Below, in pieces: positions 59,885 through 64,000 of a stretch of DNA of 64,000 bases. The position numbers were made by a program, and so were the translations under genes. The stretch spans positions 224,001-288,000 of the forward strand of contig OY843751.1 of NCBI GenBank assembly GCA_963693055.1. The letters run 5' to 3'. The notes beneath the pieces were generated by a model. The model worked only from the letters and a program-made list of their open reading frames with translations, had not been told where the DNA came from and did not search any database. The stretch's first letter is position 1. Each line of letters begins with the position of its first letter. The stretch is from a bacterium (GTDB taxonomy: Bacteria; Zhuqueibacterota; Zhuqueibacteria; Residuimicrobiales; Krinioviventaceae).

Positions 59885-61735
59885 TTGAAAAAAACAGTAT
59901 TGGTAGTATTTATTCTTTTGGTATTCGGTTTTAACGCAATGGCGCAGGTTGACATGCCGCTGCTTGAAAATCCCATGTCGGTCAAGTACCTGAAAAAGCA
60001 TTTAGAGAAAAACCGTCCTCGCCTGGTCTTGAATCCAAAAAATGAAAAGATTCTAAAAAAGAAATTAAAATCTGATCCGGTTGTGCAGAATGTATACAAG
60101 GGCATAAAGTATAGCGCTGATAATATTTATGATCAGCCTTTGCTCGAACGGGTCATGACGGGTAAGCGACTCTTGTCAGTGTCGCGGCGATTTTTAAATC
60201 GTATGAACATGCTGGGTATGGTGTATTATGTTGAAAAAGATAAAAAGGCACTAGATCGCATTGATCAGGAATTGCAGGCGGTTTGCAGTTTTACGGATTG
60301 GAATCCTTCTCACTTTTTGGATGTCTCCGAGATGGCTTTGGGTGTTGCTCTTGCACTGGACTGGACGGATGGAGACCTGCCGCAGGCAACTATTGATTCA
60401 GCGCATGTGGCGCTCATTAAAAAGGGATTAATGCCCAGTTTTGAACCCGGAGTAACCTGGATCTATGGTATCAACAACTGGAACCAGGTTTGCCATTGCG
60501 GAATGGTGGCTGCTGCTATTGAAATTGCCGAGATTGATCCCGAGCTGGCTTCTAACACCATCTCCCGCGCGCTCGACAACATGCCGCATGCATTAAAAGA
60601 ATACGGTGCCGATGGTGTTTATCCCGAAGGTGCAACCTATTGGGGATACGGTACCGGATTTACAGTTATGACTGCTGCTATGCTGCAAAGCGCGTTGGGT
60701 ACAGATTTTGGCCTTGCCGACTATCGAGGACTAAAAGAAAGCGCCATGTTCAAAGTGGTTATGGAAGCGCCATCCGGTCAGTATTTCAACTATGGTGATT
60801 GTGGCGATTATAGCAGCAAAAACGGAGATATTTTTTTGGCCTGGTTTGCTGTACAAACGGGTAATGGTGCGTTTTATCAAAGAGACCGGTTTTTGCGTCC
60901 CGCAAAAGAGATGGGTGGAATTTCCCGGTTAGGCGGTGCAGGTCTGGTTTGGTTATCTCAATTTAATGAAAAAAGCGAAACTCAGATCCCCAATGTATTT
61001 GCAGATTCGGGAAGGACCCCGGTTGTGGTTTTTCAGGGAGGAAAAGAAGATCCGCGTCAATTCTATCTGGCCACCAAAGGGGGCCGTGCCGGAGATAACC
61101 ATGGCAATATGGATATCGGTTCTTTTGTCTTTGAACTGGATGGTGAACGCTGGGTGGTTGATCCCGGCAACCAGGATTACTATGATCTGGAAAAAACAGG
61201 ATTTGATTTGTGGAGTCACAAACAAGGATCACAACGATGGACGCTACTGACCAAAGGCAACCACGGCCACAGTACCATAACAGTGAACGATCTTCCGCAC
61301 CAGGTAGACGGACGCTGTAACCTGCTCGACTTAAAAACCGGTGATACTCCCGCAGCAACCCTGGATATGCAGCCCACATTGGGAGCCTATGTGAAAAGTG
61401 CAGAGCGTACGTTTATTCAAGATACTCCTGCGTCTTTGACCATTAAAGACCAGATTGCACTGACAGACTCGACCGAGAGCATTGTATGGCAGCTCATCAC
61501 CAAAGCCGATGTAGAGATTGTTGATGGGGGTGCAGTATTGACGCAGAACGGAAAATCATTGAAACTGGAGACCTTGTCGCATCCTGAATTAATGGTATCC
61601 GTGATCTCACTGTATCCAGCTCCCATGGAGCTTGATAAGCAAATTGAGGGACTGAAACGGATCGAGATCCGTATACCCGCGTATACAGTAAAAGATGATA
61701 ATCTTGAACTGGTAACCCGGTTGAGTGGAATATAA
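59885..61735 (+). CDS. Heparinase II/III-family (polysaccharide lyase-like) protein
   Basis: Signal peptide; RPRL, DWNPSHFLD, NNWNQVC, YPEG..YW.YG, H..MD.GSF, D.G...Y. Confidence 0.82.
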   Translation: MKKTVLVVFILLVFGFNAMAQVDMPLLENPMSVKYLKKHLEKNRPRLVLNPKNEKILKKKLKSDPVVQNVYKGIKYSADNIYDQPLLERVMTGKRLLSVSRRFLNRMNMLGMVYYVEKDKKALDRIDQELQAVCSFTDWNPSHFLDVSEMALGVALALDWTDGDLPQATIDSAHVALIKKGLMPSFEPGVTWIYGINNWNQVCHCGMVAAAIEIAEIDPELASNTISRALDNMPHALKEYGADGVYPEGATYWGYGTGFTVMTAAMLQSALGTDFGLADYRGLKESAMFKVVMEAPSGQYFNYGDCGDYSSKNGDIFLAWFAVQTGNGAFYQRDRFLRPAKEMGGISRLGGAGLVWLSQFNEKSETQIPNVFADSGRTPVVVFQGGKEDPRQFYLATKGGRAGDNHGNMDIGSFVFELDGERWVVDPGNQDYYDLEKTGFDLWSHKQGSQRWTLLTKGNHGHSTITVNDLPHQVDGRCNLLDLKTGDTPAATLDMQPTLGAYVKSAERTFIQDTPASLTIKDQIALTDSTESIVWQLITKADVEIVDGGAVLTQNGKSLKLETLSHPELMVSVISLYPAPMELDKQIEGLKRIEIRIPAYTVKDDNLELVTRLSGI

Positions 61736-61778
61736 TAAACGTAAATTTTATCCCTGGATTTCTAGAGTCAGATAAATT

Positions 61779-61816
61779 ATTGCCTGTTGTGTAGTGTATT
61801 AAACACAACAGGCAAT
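61779..61816. terminator. Perfect 14-bp hairpin, possible terminator
   Basis: ATTGCCTGTTGTGT-10 nt-ACACAACAGGCAAT; no clear U-tract. Confidence 0.45.
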
Positions 61817-61886
61817 GAAAATGGAACAATCATACAGTCAACTCATTAAAGGTTTTATCTTGTAAAACTAAATTAGGGAGGCTGCT

Positions 61887-62336
61887 ATGATTAAAGATTC
61901 TTTAACTATCTTTGCATGTGTACTGTTATTTTCTGCAACGGCTATGCCCAGTATTAGTTCAATTTATTCTCCATACGATTATGGGAATGATCATTTTTCT
62001 GAAAATGTGATTGTTAGTGTGCAAATTACTGATAAAGGTTTGTATAATCTTGTCGTATCGATTCAAACATTAGAAAAACCGTCTTCATATAAATATTCTA
62101 ATACATATAGAGAAATGATGCGTCGGTTTATGGTTGACGCGCGAGGAATTACTACCCAAAAGATATTGAATCGTAATGAACTGTCTGTAAGTGATTTTGC
62201 TGCCTTACGGGAAGAGATTGATGCGGAACTGTCCAAGCTTGCGGATGTTTTAGTATATAAATATTTTCCAAACAGGCATATGAATCTGGTATATTCTATA
62301 TCTGATTTTTTTCTTCTCAAACCAGGGGATTATTAG
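61887..62336 (+). CDS. Hypothetical exported protein
   Basis: GGGAGG RBS; signal peptide. Confidence 0.65.
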   Translation: MIKDSLTIFACVLLFSATAMPSISSIYSPYDYGNDHFSENVIVSVQITDKGLYNLVVSIQTLEKPSSYKYSNTYREMMRRFMVDARGITTQKILNRNELSVSDFAALREEIDAELSKLADVLVYKYFPNRHMNLVYSISDFFLLKPGDY

Positions 62337-62413
62337 TCTTTTGTAGTATCTGGTGGGTATAACAAGGGAATTTCCAAGTAGTGAATGTTTAATTAATTAA
62401 AAAAAGGGGAAGT

Positions 62414-63112
62414 ATGATGAGAAAAATCATAAAAAACTTTTATTGCAATAGAAAAAATATAAGCAGATTGTTCTCACATAAAGTTGTAATTGTTATCCTG
62501 ATTTGTTCTTTATCATGGATTGGATGTTTTTCCGGTAAAGGTGTAAGAATTGATTCTTCAGACGTCTGTGTGGAAATGGAGAATTATACTCTTGATTTAA
62601 CTAAAGCCGATGCAAGTGGGTTTCTTGAAGGCTGGTTTTTGAATGTGATTGGAGGAGATTATCAGGTTGTAAGTATTAATAAAGAACATATCAATAATAC
62701 ATTTGAAATGTCATTTCAAATCCAGCCCCTGGAAGTATCATTGGTTAAAGATATACCCATCGGTCAGCTTGCCCGGGAATATGCACAGCATGAAATCGAT
62801 GGGATGATTGAATATGGTGTTAATACCGGAATGTATAGCTTGTCAAAAGAAATGTCATTTGATTCTTTAAATGTTGAGGGAAAGGATTTTTATCGGTTAA
62901 GCTATATTACAATGGGTGCCGGTAGAAATAATTATGCGTATTTGTATTTACATTTTCCGGGAAATAGAAAAGATTATATTTTTATTTCACTCTATGCTGA
63001 AGTAAAAGACTCTGTTGGTTATAATAAAAGCTCAAAAATACTATATAAAGAAGAATTTGAAAAAATACTACCCAAAATAATATTTCATCATTCAAACACG
63101 AATACCATTTAA
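62414..63112 (+). CDS. Hypothetical protein (possible lipoprotein)
   Basis: GGGGA RBS; hydrophobic stretch ending WIGC. Confidence 0.55.
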   Translation: MMRKIIKNFYCNRKNISRLFSHKVVIVILICSLSWIGCFSGKGVRIDSSDVCVEMENYTLDLTKADASGFLEGWFLNVIGGDYQVVSINKEHINNTFEMSFQIQPLEVSLVKDIPIGQLAREYAQHEIDGMIEYGVNTGMYSLSKEMSFDSLNVEGKDFYRLSYITMGAGRNNYAYLYLHFPGNRKDYIFISLYAEVKDSVGYNKSSKILYKEEFEKILPKIIFHHSNTNTI

Positions 63113-63361
63113 TTTCATTAAGCAAAATAAATTCTATTATTTGCCAATTGTGTCTAAAATGAAGAGTTAAAAAGGCACAATTGGTAATTATTATGGGAAC
63201 CCGTTAAATTTATTTATGTTTAAAATTAAACAACACTCGAGTATTAATGATTAAAGAATTTGAATGCTGGTTAAAAGTAATTTTCCTGTGTTTGTTTGAT
63301 TCAGGTAAATCACCTTGTTGCTTTTAAAAGACAATTTTTACAATGTTTGCGGGAGGTCCAT

Positions 63362-64000
63362 TTGAAAAAAGTTGTGCTTAATTTAGCCTTGTTGGTTTTG
63401 ATTCTTTCTCAATTGGCTTTGTCGAGATCTTTTGATACAGAGACTTTATTTTCTATAAATAAATCTCAATATCTGCCAATGGAACCGGTTATTTTTAATT
63501 ACAGGTTATATAATTATAGCAAATATGGACCACGTCTGAATGATTTAATGGTTACTCAATTTCTTGTTTTGGACAATGTTACATTAAATAAAGATTACAG
63601 TTCGAATTTACGTATTTCTGCTGATTGGAGCAAAGTTGAGCCCATGAGAAAAGGGGACAGCCTGGCTGTTATTGATTTGAATCTGCTTAAAGACTTTGGA
63701 GAAGATGATTGGTTTAAAGATTTTTACATGTTGTATTTACCTCCCGGAACATATAAAGTAAACATTAAGGGGCCGATTCAAAAGTTTGAAAAGGACAATC
63801 TTTCATTTACAGTTGTTGAGCCCGAAGGTGATGACAAAGAAGCCTTTGAATTGTTGAAAATGGGTTACACTGCTAAAAAGAATAACAATTATCAAAAATA
63901 TATAGACTGTCTGGATAGTTTGACTAATACGTTTCCTAATAGTGTCTACTCGGAGATCGCTTCTTACAGCAAGGTATTTACGTTGCTGCTGGATAAAACC
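63362..64000 (+). CDS. Hypothetical exported protein, 3'-truncated by window edge (not in ORF track)
   Basis: GGGAGG RBS, TTG start, MKKVVLNLALLVLILSQLALS signal peptide; frame open to 64000. Confidence 0.7.
   Translation, partial: MKKVVLNLALLVLILSQLALSRSFDTETLFSINKSQYLPMEPVIFNYRLYNYSKYGPRLNDLMVTQFLVLDNVTLNKDYSSNLRISADWSKVEPMRKGDSLAVIDLNLLKDFGEDDWFKDFYMLYLPPGTYKVNIKGPIQKFEKDNLSFTVVEPEGDDKEAFELLKMGYTAKKNNNYQKYIDCLDSLTNTFPNSVYSEIASYSKVFTLLLDKT

Overview
Bacterial chromosomal window, probably from an FCB-related lineage such as KSB1/Calditrichota. This is an inference from the many secreted proteins ending in a YPNPFN/FlgD-Ig-type sorting domain, plus DUF2851 and a Bacteroides-type inositol-3-phosphate synthase. 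1-14 kb: cluster of secreted S8 and C25 proteases around a membrane spermidine-synthase-like/TPR fusion. 14-28 kb: housekeeping genes (rsmI, CDP-alcohol phosphotransferase, panD, ino1, MATE, tmk, S41 protease, ppdK, HAD phosphatase). 28-64 kb: accessory region with many uncharacterised carbohydrate-active proteins and two AT-rich defence-like islands. The first island is a DUF4297-like nuclease plus HerA ATPase pair (33.3-36.3 kb). The second is an Xre-ImmA/IrrE metallopeptidase, a DUF4411 PIN protein and a HEPN protein (50.4-54.5 kb), split by an IS256 with a 9-bp target duplication and bracketed by modular REP/REPIN-like repeat clusters. The most unusual signal is a tRNA-shaped structure (54417-54528) directly behind the HEPN gene. 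It has D- and T-arms, its anticodon loop is replaced by a 36-nt hairpin, it has no CCA, and its acceptor stem begins inside the HEPN stop codon. It is a candidate tRNA-mimic RNA partner or regulator of a HEPN RNase. All family assignments are by eye from motifs; no searches were run.
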